The notes: generated by a model from the sequence alone, not told the origin. Positions 50,466 through 62,989 are shown, numbered from the whole stretch's first letter. The stretch: 63,953 nt of DNA, filler included, from Bonamia ostreae (GCA_040357525.1; 57 parts of 57 records of this genome joined end to end with filler, not necessarily neighbours in it), one strand, 5' to 3'. Program-made: numbers and translations.

Positions 50466-53400
50466 TACTGAAGTTATAATAAACAAAGAAGAGAACCACG
50501 TGACCACTGACGGTGATGGTCNNNNNNNNNNNNNNNNNNNNNNNNNNNNNNNNNNNNNNNNNNNNTTAATTAATTAANNNNNNNNNNNNNNNNNNNNNNN
50601 NNNNNNNNNNNNNNNNNNNNNTGTAGTCCTTATAGGAGTTGCAAGATTTGTTACTGTTCTTTATCATCACCTCTTACAAAGGAGTATAACATTTCCTCAA
50701 AGATAAGAGATTTACTGAGTGAAACAGACTTTGAATCCACCCACTCACGACCTAAAGAAAATAATTAACAAAAACATGTTTAACACTGACATTGCACTTA
50801 GTTATAGTGACTTCGCACACAACTCAGTATTTAGAAATCACGTAAAATATGAGCTTGGTATGTTTTTTAATATTCATCAACTGCTAGAGACATTGATATC
50901 ATCAAAATGCCTTTGACCATGGCCAAATAACCTAGATTTAGGACCATGACACAATGACCTTTGTGTCAATTAGTTCTAATGCATCTCCATTACAAAGTGA
51001 AAACGAGAACAAATATTTCTAACGTTTTGATAGTGACCTTGGTTAAGGTAATTACAGATTGTTTCCATTACAAAATTGTTATCTAGAGGGAAATGGGTTG
51101 AAAGGACAGACAGACATGGCTTGCACAACAAATATTATCAATGAAATCTAAACCATATTGGGGCAAAATAATTCCCCTATTCTGACGGAGCAATTTACAA
51201 GAGACATCACGTTTGGTATGTATCAATAAGAACAAGCCTTTAATTATCTAATGCAAATGTCAGCGTCCGTGATCATTATGAAAGTTTTGTTAATCAGAAA
51301 CAAAATGTGTAAGTAATGTACATGTTAAACTACAATTTCGCCATGTATGTTCTATAAACTTCAACTGTTGGATTGAAACGGGCCAAACAGGTACTGTGAA
51401 TGCAAAGTAGGTGCTAGAACTGTAGGTTGTGCTACCTATACATTGCATTCAGTTTGATGGTACTTAGGGTATATGCTCATAATTAGCCCCAGATACTAGT
51501 TCCTTCTGAATATACAAATATGATGCAAATATTAATTAATAAAGTAGCCATTGAACAATAGTGTGAAATTATCTTAAAGGAGAATCTTTGTCTTAAAATA
51601 TCATAGATTAGAGATTTTTCATTTTATACTAGTAGTTTATTNNNNNNNNNNNNNNNNNNNNNNNNNNNNNNNNNNNNNNNNNNNNTTAATTAATTAANNN
51701 NNNNNNNNNNNNNNNNNNNNNNNNNNNNNNNNNNNNNNNNNAATTGAATATTTTTCCTATGCGAATAATGGACCCTAACCGTTTTACAAACAAAAAAAAA
51801 AAAAAAAAATAGCGCAAGAAGTTGAAATTAAAAGCAGTCGGTTTGGTATATTTGTTACACAGTGAATGCTTGAACTAATATGGAATATATGTCCTTAGTA
51901 AATCCCATATGGAACGCAGTTCGTGAAGTTAAAGAAGTATTGATTCATTGAAATATCTATAACGTAACATGTTGTCATAGTTCATATGCTTTTTGAGATA
52001 TGCTTATTTTGAGTATAATTAAATGAAATTATACCCGTCCCAGTTAGATGCATTTCTAATTTGAGTTAGTTGATAAGTTTGTAAAGATATAAAAATTTTA
52101 CTTACTTATTATGGAAAACAATTTCATGACTTTCAATGATGTCTCAAATGAAGATATGAGAAAAACGTTTTCTCCTTTATAATGATTTATCATGTGACGT
52201 AAACTAGAAATTGAAAATCAATTTGTGACACAGCTTAGACGATTTCAATATAGGAGTTATACTCATGTAGAAGGCGTGTTATAGCCAAATAATAGTCTGT
52301 AGATATCATGCTGACAAATGAACGCTATTAAGCACTGCTTTATCATTTATAAGGTTTTGAATGACACCTCCCACTCTCATTGCTCTTTGTTGAACATCTT
52401 GACTCACACCAGCCTTTCTCACGATTGATAAGACAATGTTTATTCAATGTAGTTTCGATTTGGGTATTCGGAAATAAATATATCCAAAAACATGATCCTG
52501 CTTAGAAATGTGCTGAGTCTGTTACCTTTTCTTTGGTTGCAACCATATCTAAAAATCATCACAAAATGTTCATGATATCAAAGTCAACATTGAAACATCA
52601 TGCGGAACCGTTTTTTATAAGTTCATTGCCGAACAAACCCATCACCTTGGTCTGTCAACTTGCACGAATTTTAAACGGTCCCTTGTTAAAAAATATAATA
52701 TATTTATTTCTCAAGCAAGTATATCGAAATAAAGATTTGGTTAGGGTCTCGTTACCTATTGNNNNNNNNNNNNNNNNNNNNNNNNNNNNNNNNNNNNNNN
52801 NNNNNTTAATTAATTAANNNNNNNNNNNNNNNNNNNNNNNNNNNNNNNNNNNNNNNNNNNNATCCGCCGCTAAAATATTTACTAAACGGCGTTGACATTT
52901 GGCCATTTTATAATAAAAAAGAAAATAAAACATATTTTTCTCTTTTCGAAATGTCCGAATTCGGAGATTTGAGTTCAACTTGTTTCAATGTTGAAACTTT
53001 CACAACAAAAAATATTAATGTTAACAATGAAAATACTTTTTATAGCGCTTTAAAAAGTTTTTTTTGTTTCAAAAATTTTCAATTTTAGCGATTTTGCCCT
53101 GCAACAAACAATACGTCAAAATGGGCGATGAAAACATTAAAAACAAATATTTGAATGCAACGGATTGTTTTAATTAAATTTGAGCCAAAAGATCTTGCAA
53201 CAAAATGGGACAAAAAATCTCATGCAACAAAAGTTTTGTTGTATCGAAAAAGAAAAAGAAAAATTGATTTTGAGAATAAAATTAAAAATGCGAATTTTGA
53301 TGATTTGAATGAAGCCGCAAATCATTTTTTAAAATTTAAAAAATATTTGATCAAATTTTTGCGTTTGCCAAGAACGCTGTTTTTTCGAGCTCAATTTCAA

Positions 53401-53650
53401 TAAACTGATATTAACAATTTTAACTTTTTGATAAAATTATAAAAAATGGAATTTTAGACTTGAAATATGTGAATATCTAGAACGAAACGAAATAGTCGGA
53501 TCAAAAACTACAAATTCTCAAATTTACAGGATTCTTTTATTGCTTTGCAAAGACAATCCAAATTTTAAAGATTTAAAATTGTTTACATTCTTCAACAACT
53601 TTTCTGGCAGTTTTTATTAATTCTAAAATATTTGTTGTTGAAAAACAAAT

Positions 53651-53881
53651 TTGCAAAATGTCTTTAAACGTTCAAACAATAAAATTTGCAAAATGTCTTT
53701 AAACGTTCAAACAGCAAAATTTCAAAATGTCTTTAAACGTTCAAACAAAAAAATTTATCAAAATGTCTTTAAACGTTCAAACGAAAAATTTATCAAAATG
53801 TCTTTAAACGTTCAAACAATAAATTTTCAAAATGTCTTTAAACGTTCAAACAATAAATTTTCAAAATGTCTTTAAACGTTC
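53651..53881. repeat. Minisatellite, 34-36-bp unit with invariant core CAAAATGTCTTTAAACGTTCAAAC, 7 copies, cut by the contig end
   Basis: Cores start at about 53654, 53689, 53723, 53759, 53794, 53828 and 53862 (the last is truncated). Confidence 0.95.
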
Positions 53882-56800
53882 NNNNNNNNNNNNNNNNNNN
53901 NNNNNNNNNNNNNNNNNNNNNNNNNTTAATTAATTAANNNNNNNNNNNNNNNNNNNNNNNNNNNNNNNNNNNNNNNNNNNNCTCGCTCTATTTAGACAAG
54001 TCGCCAAAATGTGATAAAATTTTTGCCAAAATTTATGATTTCCCGAAAACAATTTGTCCTTTTTTTCGTAATAAATTGTTTCCATCAAAACTTTTTTTCA
54101 AATTATTCAATTTTAAATTTATTTAAAAACTATTTAAAGCTTTTGTCGAAATCAACTGCGAAACAAATTTTTCAATTGTAGTTTTAACGTTTTCGTTCAA
54201 ATATATTCTTTTCTGTTGTTTTCTTTTATTAAAATTTAATAATAAAATTTTTCTTTGAAAATTTTGTAAAAATTTGCGAATAAAGATTTTTAAGACAAAT
54301 TTAAAAATGACAAAATTTGCGAATAAATTTTAATTAAAACTTAGTTTTCGAACGCGTTTTTAGTCTTTTAATTTTTTTGTTACACAATTTTTCCGGAGAC
54401 GTTCCCAAAATGTTCTTTCCGTCCTTTAGAACAATATTTTAACAATTTCCAAAAAAACATTTTTGGAAAGAACAAATTGCGAATTCCAATTCGAACTTCT
54501 GTTTTTTATATTTTTGTTTTTGAATTGTTCCTTTTCTCTCAGTTTTGACAATTTGTTTATTTTTTGGCTAAAATTTAGTTTATTGCTTTCCAGATTTAGA
54601 ACATTAAAAATTATTTCCATTAATAACAAAGCGATTTTTACATTTTCGCCTTTGAATTTCTGTTGACTTAACAGAACGATCGAATCTAAAATGTGTTCCT
54701 TTTTTGATATTTATTTTAGCAATTTTTTGTCAAAAATGTTAATAAAATGGAACATCCGAGAAAGCAAGGACGATGTTGTCGTGAATTGAATAGTTTTTGG
54801 CAAAATTGGAATCGGAAAAACATTGTGGAAAGGTGAATGATAAATTGTTGAACAAAAATAAATAAACTTCCATCGATTCAATTGCTATTAAGCTTTTGCC
54901 TCTTTAAAATAGCAATTGGCAATTTTTGTTGTTTTATTATTGCAAATTTAAAAGAGGTTACAAAAATAAAAAAAAATTTGTTCAAAAATAAAAACGAAAA
55001 TNNNNNNNNNNNNNNNNNNNNNNNNNNNNNNNNNNNNNNNNNNNNTTAATTAATTAANNNNNNNNNNNNNNNNNNNNNNNNNNNNNNNNNNNNNNNNNNN
55101 NGTAAGCATATCCTGTCTACCGGCCACACCCGCCGCATGGAAGCTTAAAAGTCTTCACACTTGTGTTATATTTCTATATATTGTCTTACTTTTTATTGTC
55201 TTATCAACATATAATCCGCTATATTTCCTTATTTTCACTTATATGTTGTATTGTATTAAGGTATTTTAACATAATTTAAAGCGCATTTTCTGTTTGATGA
55301 AAGTTTTTTGCTAAACGTTTTATCGACGTAACAAAATATTGATCTGAGATGTTATTATATCGATATATTGATTTAAACATGAAGCAATAAAATTATATGC
55401 AGAGTACTTATTGTGATATAAATATGTCGATATTTCATGAGAAAAAGTATAGTTGTCGAAATAGTTTCGCGGGCGCTGGAATTCTATACTGAAACGTCAC
55501 GTACATCAGTCTGGGAATCACCGATTAAGAAGCGCGTGTAACAGTGACAGCAGTCGAGCGCGAGCAGTCGTGATGAACGGAAAAATGTCTAAAAAACGTA
55601 AGTAAAGTAAATTGATCTGATTACCATTCAAATATTTGCTACCGACAGTATTTTATCAGATTATGAGATACTATACAGTATCTAAGTTTTGATTTAATAA
55701 TGTTTGGAAGAGTGGTGAGGGTAGAGAGCAGTTAGATCTAAATTGCCCAAAATTAAGCAAAAAAAGATTTATCATTTTTCCTAGTTAGCAGCTAGATCTG
55801 ATCCGTTGATATTGACATTTGATAGAAAATAATTTGATATATGTAACGCGTCGTGATTGGGATTATGAATTTTTAGCTGCGTTTTTCCCCCAAGGGGTTT
55901 ATACATGGTACCAATAAACGCTACTATTTCCAGTGGAAAAAAGTTCATTTTTCTAAATGTTGGACTAATTAGATATTCCCAATTAAACTGCCTAGAAACA
56001 AATTTCATCGTAATTTGCTAATTGATATGAAACGTTATACATTTCTAAAACCTTTTTAATGAAATTAAATATATGTAAATAGAGCAAAGCAGTCTTTTTA
56101 AAGACATATTTCACAAATTTTNNNNNNNNNNNNNNNNNNNNNNNNNNNNNNNNNNNNNNNNNNNNTTAATTAATTAANNNNNNNNNNNNNNNNNNNNNNN
56201 NNNNNNNNNNNNNNNNNNNNNTTTTATATCTACATTGTCATGATCAAGTGAGAACAAGTAATGGAGGTACATATGCAAAATTCTTGTAGGGTAGAGACTG
56301 GCAGCCATTTGGTGAACTAGCAATTTTTACACAATGTAACCATTTTATTTACTTTCAATGACAAATTCCGAATATTTTTCACAAAGGCAACATATGGACA
56401 TTTCATAACCACCCTTCTAAGTTTGAGTAACATAACAGTGCACCGTGGGCCATCGTGACTTTGATGAAAAGATTAAGGAACGCACGACAAGAGATTAAAA
56501 TGAGGACAGGATATACGAGGTGAAAAAAATCGTTTAATACACAAGTTTAAACCTGTACATTTTACACATACTTACCCAACGGAATGAATGCATTGTTCCT
56601 TTGTCTATATATAACATCGAAATTAATTCATATTCATAATCTGATCAGTAATAATGATCTTCTTGTGTATTTATTCATTCATTCAATACATGTCTATTTT
56701 ATCTGCATCTTTTGTACATTTATTCATTATCTACTTATACGTTTCTTTCGTGTGTACATGTATATCTTTTCTATGAACTAGAGTTTAGTGTCTTGACATT

Positions 56801-58460
56801 TATATAATACATTCAATATCAAATCAATTTATTTATGTACATATATGTATATTTAAAATTCCCCACAGGGTACCCACCATAAAGCGTGACAAAGTGTTTT
56901 CCCGTGGTTTATAGTAAATCACAGGGCTTGCTCCCGTTCGTAAAATATTATAAACAATACAATTATTATTTTATAAACAGTAGCAAACCTATGTGAGTGA
57001 ATAAACTCTATTTTTTAGGAGCTAGTTGTATTCAACTTGCCCGTCCATCCACGCACAGGGGCATCTTATCCGCTCTCTATCACACATGCGTTTAATATAT
57101 ATGTGAAAGAGATCAGGGCGGAAAAGATGCCCTGTGGCAGTAATATTTGTGAAGAAAATATATCCCTTTTTCTTAATGGTATGTTTCGGGCCCAATCTTT
57201 ACCAGAAGCTGCTCACACATGCTGGGGTCATAATAGGAGTANNNNNNNNNNNNNNNNNNNNNNNNNNNNNNNNNNNNNNNNNNNNTTAATTAATTAANNN
57301 NNNNNNNNNNNNNNNNNNNNNNNNNNNNNNNNNNNNNNNNNCAAAAGTCCAGTGATACACCTATTACATAGCCGTTCATTAACAGAAAATCTCGGTCATC
57401 CAACTTTATCATTTTATTGCCAATAGAAAGTCAGCTATTGATGTTGCAGAATTATACTTGAGTAAAACCAATGACTACCGTCTTCTTGAGAGTGTGATAC
57501 ATTATGGTTTCGTCTATGAATTGTAATACGTTAGAAGAGGATTGCATGTTTTATGCATTTCGGTAGCTATTAACAAAGTCTTGTGCATTTTGATACATGA
57601 AACAAGTAAACTTACAATGTTGCAGTATCGTGAATATTCAATCATTGAATAAAATTACATGACATTATCTAAATCAAAAAGCTTTAGTTTTCATATTTCG
57701 ATTTTTTAAAAGCAAAAAACACTCTCTATAGAAGTCCCAATTATGTTTTTGTATGTGTGTTTACATTGATTCACAAGCGATTAATTCGCAATAGTTTTAA
57801 CAATTTAGATACAATTCCCGCAGTTGATCAGCAATGATAGTTGCCCTACAACAGGCTGTAACGACGAAACTTATTATCATATCTAGGATGAAATACGTGT
57901 GCATTGTACTTGCATCCTATACGTATTCAATAGAGATAACACCATTATATTGAATAAACAAATATGCCATAATATGCCTCTTTTGTGATATTTTTAAGTG
58001 TATCAGTAATATAAGGTGTTTATCTTAAAAGTATGATAAAACTACTTAATTTACCTCACTTTTTGTGTGCATATCTTTAATATGTTTTTGACCTGAGATA
58101 CAGAGTTGTGGGTAATGTCCGAATCATCCCTTTAGCTGATAAACTTATATCTCTAAATATTACGCTGGAGACAAGTTGTGACAGTATTGATTGTTTATTC
58201 TTACATCTGTATAAAGATTAAATTTCTATTGATAAACAATTTTATATCTAAACGCCAGCACATTTTGTCTTTTTTAGTTCATGCAAAATACTACAAATAT
58301 GAAGGGATATTTCAGTCTGCATGAAATCTCTAATTTTATAAAGAATTTGCTAATCCTTATNNNNNNNNNNNNNNNNNNNNNNNNNNNNNNNNNNNNNNNN
58401 NNNNTTAATTAATTAANNNNNNNNNNNNNNNNNNNNNNNNNNNNNNNNNNNNNNNNNNNN

Positions 58461-59431
58461 CTGATTTCAGACGACATTTTGATTTTGATTGTAACTCTGT
58501 TTTTCTTTTTCTCAAATATAATTTTCTCTAAAAATCTGTCGTTCGCTTTTCTCTTTTTCCTTTTCAATTTTTAAAAATTTTAATTTCAAAAAAGCAAAAA
58601 ATCACATTTCGTTAGTCTCTTCGCTTTCATCATTCTCTTCAACATCAAAACTTTCGCTCGAAATAGAATCGTCGCTTTTTTCCATTTTTCGGTTCCCTCT
58701 TTCGACGTCACCTTCGAATTCGATTTCCGTGTCTTCATCCGTTTCATCGTCAATTTTGTCTCCGCTTTCGTCGATAAAAAAAGTTTCGGCGTCGTCAATT
58801 TTGTTTTCTTTGTGACCTTTTCGAGATTTGCTTCGAAAAATGTCATCGTTAAAAGCGGATTTCGAAACGATTTTTTCCAATTCGATTAAAAGCAATTGTA
58901 CGAAACTTCTTGTTATTTTGCGTTTCAAAGTTTCCCATTTTACTAATTTTTTGGATTAAAATTTTTTCCGATTTAATTTTTTGTCGATTTAATTTTTTTC
59001 GATTTAATAAAATATTTGTAAAAAAACTTTTATTGGCAAAATTTAGCAAATTGATCGATATATTAAATCGTCTAAAACTTTTGCCCGTTTTTTCCAAACA
59101 AGTTACCGATTTGATGATCTTTTTATAATTTTTGGCATTTTTATCGATTGTTTGAAGTTAGTTCAAAAAATAAAAACAGAGCTGAAATACAATGTGCTAA
59201 ATTTCACAACAAATTTTCTTCCCAATTCTGGTCTGAGACTGTTTCCGATGAAACCGAAGTCCATCGTCGGCGTTTTTATATTCCCAGAACTGGTCATCAA
59301 AATTTCTCGCAATCTCGGAATTCCCAAAGTTACGTTTGCGCCGCCATGTCCTGCCAAATGAAATGTGTTTAATGTCATTTGTGTCGATGGCTCTCCAATC
59401 GATTGTCCCGCGATTATTCCAACGCTTTCTC
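58461..59431 (-). CDS. RPA1: RNA polymerase I largest subunit, internal multi-exon fragment (one intron at 59119-59177, 59 nt)
   Basis: [57 protein letters not shown] is the Pol I-type region G. A downstream acidic segment fits the Pol I expander region. Confidence 0.93.
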
Positions 59432-59643
59432 CTTTTAAAATTTGATTTTTTAAACATTTTTTGGACATTTTTGTTAAAANNNNNNNNNNNNNNNNNNNNN
59501 NNNNNNNNNNNNNNNNNNNNNNNTTAATTAATTAANNNNNNNNNNNNNNNNNNNNNNNNNNNNNNNNNNNNNNNNNNNNTGAAAATTGACAAAATATTTC
59601 ACGTTTTATAAAAGATGTCGAAAAATATTTTCAATTAAAAAAA

Positions 59644-60498
59644 CTAATTTTCTTTTAACCGAAACAAATATGAATAGCCATTCCACGAACTTAACCAAAA
59701 CTCATTCAAATCATCAGAATCTTCACCTTTCAAAAGTCGTCTTTTTAAAACAGTTTTTTCGAACTGTTTTAACTTAAACAAATTAAAATCCTCGACGCTG
59801 AATCTGTAACAATTGAATCGACACCATTCCCTGAAATGATCCGAAAACACAAAATTTTTCTCTTTTTTAAATTTGTCATTTGTTATTAACGGCACATTCA
59901 ACAAAATCGCTGCGGAACAAATATACAAATCTTCATTTTTCATTTCTACAACTAACAAATTATCGTGAAAATCTTCGCTGTATTTGATTGCTTCCAGATA
60001 TGAAAGAATAAAAGTCGATTTGTAGAAAAGGATCAACGGCTTAAAATTCTTATCGTGGAAATAATTAAGACAGTTCTTCAATTTTGTTGTGATATGTTTT
60101 TCTGTGTTTTCAGGAGATAAATTGTTTTTAGGTAAAAGTTGATCACTAAAAATTGCGTTGTAGCCATCGACGACACAATCGAATGGGCCTTTTTGACGAG
60201 AAAATAGGCGAATTTCTTCTAGAAATTGATCAATTCCGAAAATTTGTCGAATCGATTTTAAAATGCTTCGGCGATTACTTTGGTTTAGCAAAAAAGGTTT
60301 TTCCTTGTAAAAAATGCTTTTTTCTTTTTTAATTTGCAAATGTTGCTGAATATTTTTCTTTTTTAAAATTCGATATATTTGGGTGGAAACTCCGAAGCTT
60401 AAGAAGTTTTTGAATGGGGCTAACGACATTTGATGCAGAATTTGTTTTATAATGGAATATTGTCGGTCGTTGTTTGTTTGTTCCAGTTTTTTTAGTAA
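59644..60498 (-). CDS. Protein-only RNase P (PRORP)-like NYN metallonuclease domain, divergent; last exon
   Basis: KGPFDCVVDGYN, KNEDLYICSAAI, LITNDKF and HFREWCRFNCYRF parallel the PRORP motifs HGPFDAVIDGAN, SNDDWYWLYAA, VTNDEMRDH and FPRWKEKHQVR. The frame is open to an AG acceptor at 60499. Confidence 0.75.
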   Translation of the reverse strand, partial: LLKKLEQTNNDRQYSIIKQILHQMSLAPFKNFLSFGVSTQIYRILKKKNIQQHLQIKKEKSIFYKEKPFLLNQSNRRSILKSIRQIFGIDQFLEEIRLFSRQKGPFDCVVDGYNAIFSDQLLPKNNLSPENTEKHITTKLKNCLNYFHDKNFKPLILFYKSTFILSYLEAIKYSEDFHDNLLVVEMKNEDLYICSAAILLNVPLITNDKFKKEKNFVFSDHFREWCRFNCYRFSVEDFNLFKLKQFEKTVLKRRLLKGEDSDDLNEFWLSSWNGYSYLFRLKEN

Positions 60499-60757
60499 CT
60501 GAAATTTTTAGAAAAGAATTATTGATTTAACGACAAAAAATGTTTTATTTAAACGACAAAAAATATTATTTAAACGACAAAAATCATTTTTTTAAAACNN
60601 NNNNNNNNNNNNNNNNNNNNNNNNNNNNNNNNNNNNNNNNNNTTAATTAATTAANNNNNNNNNNNNNNNNNNNNNNNNNNNNNNNNNNNNNNNNNNNNAA
60701 AAAATTTTTAAAGAAAAATTTAAATTTGAAACTAAAAAATTTGAATAAAATCTCAAG

Positions 60758-61226
60758 GCGTCGCCTACTACCTGTCGCCGCCGAAGTCTCTGATCGAAAT
60801 CTTGTCCGACCCATTCCACGCCGCGGTCTACTTTGCCTTCATCCTGGTCAGCGCCGCCCTCTTCTCGCGCACGTGGGTCGACGTCTCGGGGAGCAGCCCA
60901 AAGTTTTGACACAACATTAGAAGGGACGTCGCGAAGCAGCTCAATAACGAGAAGATGGTCCTCAAAGGCCACCGCGGGAGAAACACGGTCAAACTCTTGT
61001 ACAAGTACATTCCCATCGCGGCCGCGTTCGGCGGAATGTGCATCGGAGCTCTCACCATCTTCGCGGACTACACGGGTTTCCATCTAGATCTTTAGGTGCG
61101 ATCGGATCCGGGACGGGCATTCTGATGGTGGTGACCATCATCTTCCAGTACTTCGAGATTTACGCGAAGGAGCAGCAAAAAGACGGCGGCAATCTTTTGT
61201 CGATGCTGAAGCCCGGTGCTTATTAA
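60758..61226 (+). CDS. SEC61A: Sec61 translocon alpha subunit, C-terminal exons 60758-60902, 60924-61075, 61096-61226
   Basis: The spliced product reads GVAYYLSPP...DPFHA...[20 protein letters not shown]...GHR...[44 protein letters not shown]. Introns are 21 and 20 nt. Confidence 0.97.
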
Positions 61227-62559
61227 ATGCGTTGTGACTTTTCTCTTCTACTTGCTTTATCAGCTCTTTTTCATCTGTTTTGATTTGGCGGGAGAACTCC
61301 GTCTCTTTTCGATGTTACAAATTTGAGTTTGGCTTGTCGTGGGACGTCATTCATTTTTCTGTACAAATTTAAACTTTTTCTGGTACAGCAAATTAAAATA
61401 TGGCGAAAACGACAGATTTTTTGAAAAATAGTTTCAACGTTATTGAAAAGTTTTCTTCGGCTGTTTTTATTGTACAAGAGCAACATTAAACTTTTTATCT
61501 GTTTTTAGTAAAATTGCAATTTATAAAGACACCATTTTTATTAAAATAATTCCAATTTTCAGCATTTTCCTTTAATTTGAGGAAAGTCTCGCGTTTTTAC
61601 AGAGAACAAAGTTGATTGGGAGGTCACATTTTTTTTATTTGTTTAAGCTGTCCTAGAAAAAAAGGAAAACTTATTTAATGTCGAAAAAAAATTCCAGAAA
61701 AAAATAATTGCTTTAAANNNNNNNNNNNNNNNNNNNNNNNNNNNNNNNNNNNNNNNNNNNNTTAATTAATTAANNNNNNNNNNNNNNNNNNNNNNNNNNN
61801 NNNNNNNNNNNNNNNNNTGTTTTCCGGTGTTATGACCGAACCTAACGAAACAGTCACAACAAAACCGAACAACATAAAACGTGGTATGCCTAGATACGAG
61901 TATGATTAACACGACATTGCTGTTCTTTTTAAAAGATGTTCTTTCTTGTATACACGCTTTATGTCGAATTGATTTAATCTAACCACAGAATAAACAAGAA
62001 CTCTTAAATCCACACAACTCAGATACGTTTGCATTTTGATATAATGTTTGTGACCCTGATACTCTTTAAAAGAATTTTTTAAATCAATTATCAGTGTATT
62101 CACAAATAAAACTTTGATCTCCTGGACCCTTGAATTGTAGAAACTTAAATTTGAACTACATGAAGGTGTCTGTATATCTTGATCAACAAACACGGCCCTA
62201 CTGCTATTGAAATGTAGGCTTCAGAATGTGTTTTTCTGTTGTCATTTGTCTGTTAACTCTTTCACGTTTTCATATTCCCCAGAACAACTGGGCCAGTTTC
62301 AATAACAACACAATCAAGAAAAAGACCAAAATAGGGTGGGATCATTTAATAATCTGATCATTAAAGCCCCACTACACCAGACAAGTTGAAATTTACATGA
62401 ACGTTTCCTGAGTCTTTTGTTGATATCATGTCCTTCGGGTAAAAGGTAGAGTCATGATACGAGATAAACATTTATCATAGGAATAAATAAGGAAGCATTC
62501 TGAAGGTGCTTGTATATCACTCTAATTAAGCATGGTCCTTTTTTGCTGTGTTTTTAAGA

Positions 62560-62835
62560 TTTTAAAAGATTGTCCCTGATATATTGCTTGTAAAATATTG
62601 ATCCATTATCGTGGTCCTACCTTACTTCCGGAGACCAGAATTTGAGCAAACTTGAATCTTTAATTTTGAAAAAGATTTTGTTTATATATTCGTATGTTGA
62701 ATGCTTGTATATTGATATGATTAACAATGGCCCTGTTGTTCCCAAGAATAATATTTTTAAAAGATATGTCCGTTTAACATCCTTTATTGTGCTCCTGCCC
62801 TTCCCCGGGGACCACAATTTGAACAAACTTATATC
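62560..62835. repeat. Bivalve satellite-like repeat, two degenerate units about 180 bp apart
   Basis: GACCA(G/C)AATTTGA(G/A)CAAACTT occurs near 62633 and 62811, preceded by related GAAGATTTT/CCCTATAT-like segments. Confidence 0.55.
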
Positions 62836-62989
62836 NNNNNNNNNNNNNNNNNNNNNNNNNNNNNNNNNNNNNNNNNNNNTTAATTAATTAANNNNNNNNN
62901 NNNNNNNNNNNNNNNNNNNNNNNNNNNNNNNNNNNAAATAATCGATCAAAAAAAGTTGGTCAAAAAAATTTTATTTTGAAATAATCGAT

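Noticed and set aside
53651-53881. 24-bp invariant repeat with variable gaps as a CRISPR array
   Set aside because: The gaps are only 10-12 nt and nearly identical to one another, there are no cas genes, and the contig is eukaryotic. It is a minisatellite.
15133-60498. HEPN, phage genes, Polinton, RT and NYN nuclease as one defence or mobile system
   Set aside because: Each lies on a different contig from a different source, and the order reflects only length sorting.
60901-60925. In-frame stops and frame changes in conserved protist genes as an alternative genetic code or programmed frameshifting
   Set aside because: In the conserved genes each interruption is an insertion bounded by GT...AG whose removal restores the alignment. 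Genes end in ordinary TAA, TAG or TGA, and TGG encodes the conserved Trp residues.
60643-61087. Overlapping ORFs 60643-61083(-), 60828-61058(-) and 60833-61087(+)
   Set aside because: They are shadow frames of the GC-rich Sec61-alpha exons. The same applies to 6112-6526, 10655-11041, 12787-13254 and 30913-31101.
4264-62887. ORFs ending in X-runs followed by N or LIN
   Set aside because: They read into the N linker, so their ends and lengths are artefacts.
1031-62935. Regularly spaced TTAATTAATTAA palindromes as a biological repeat array
   Set aside because: They are always embedded in 44+44 N and give stops in six frames, so they are an assembly concatenation linker.
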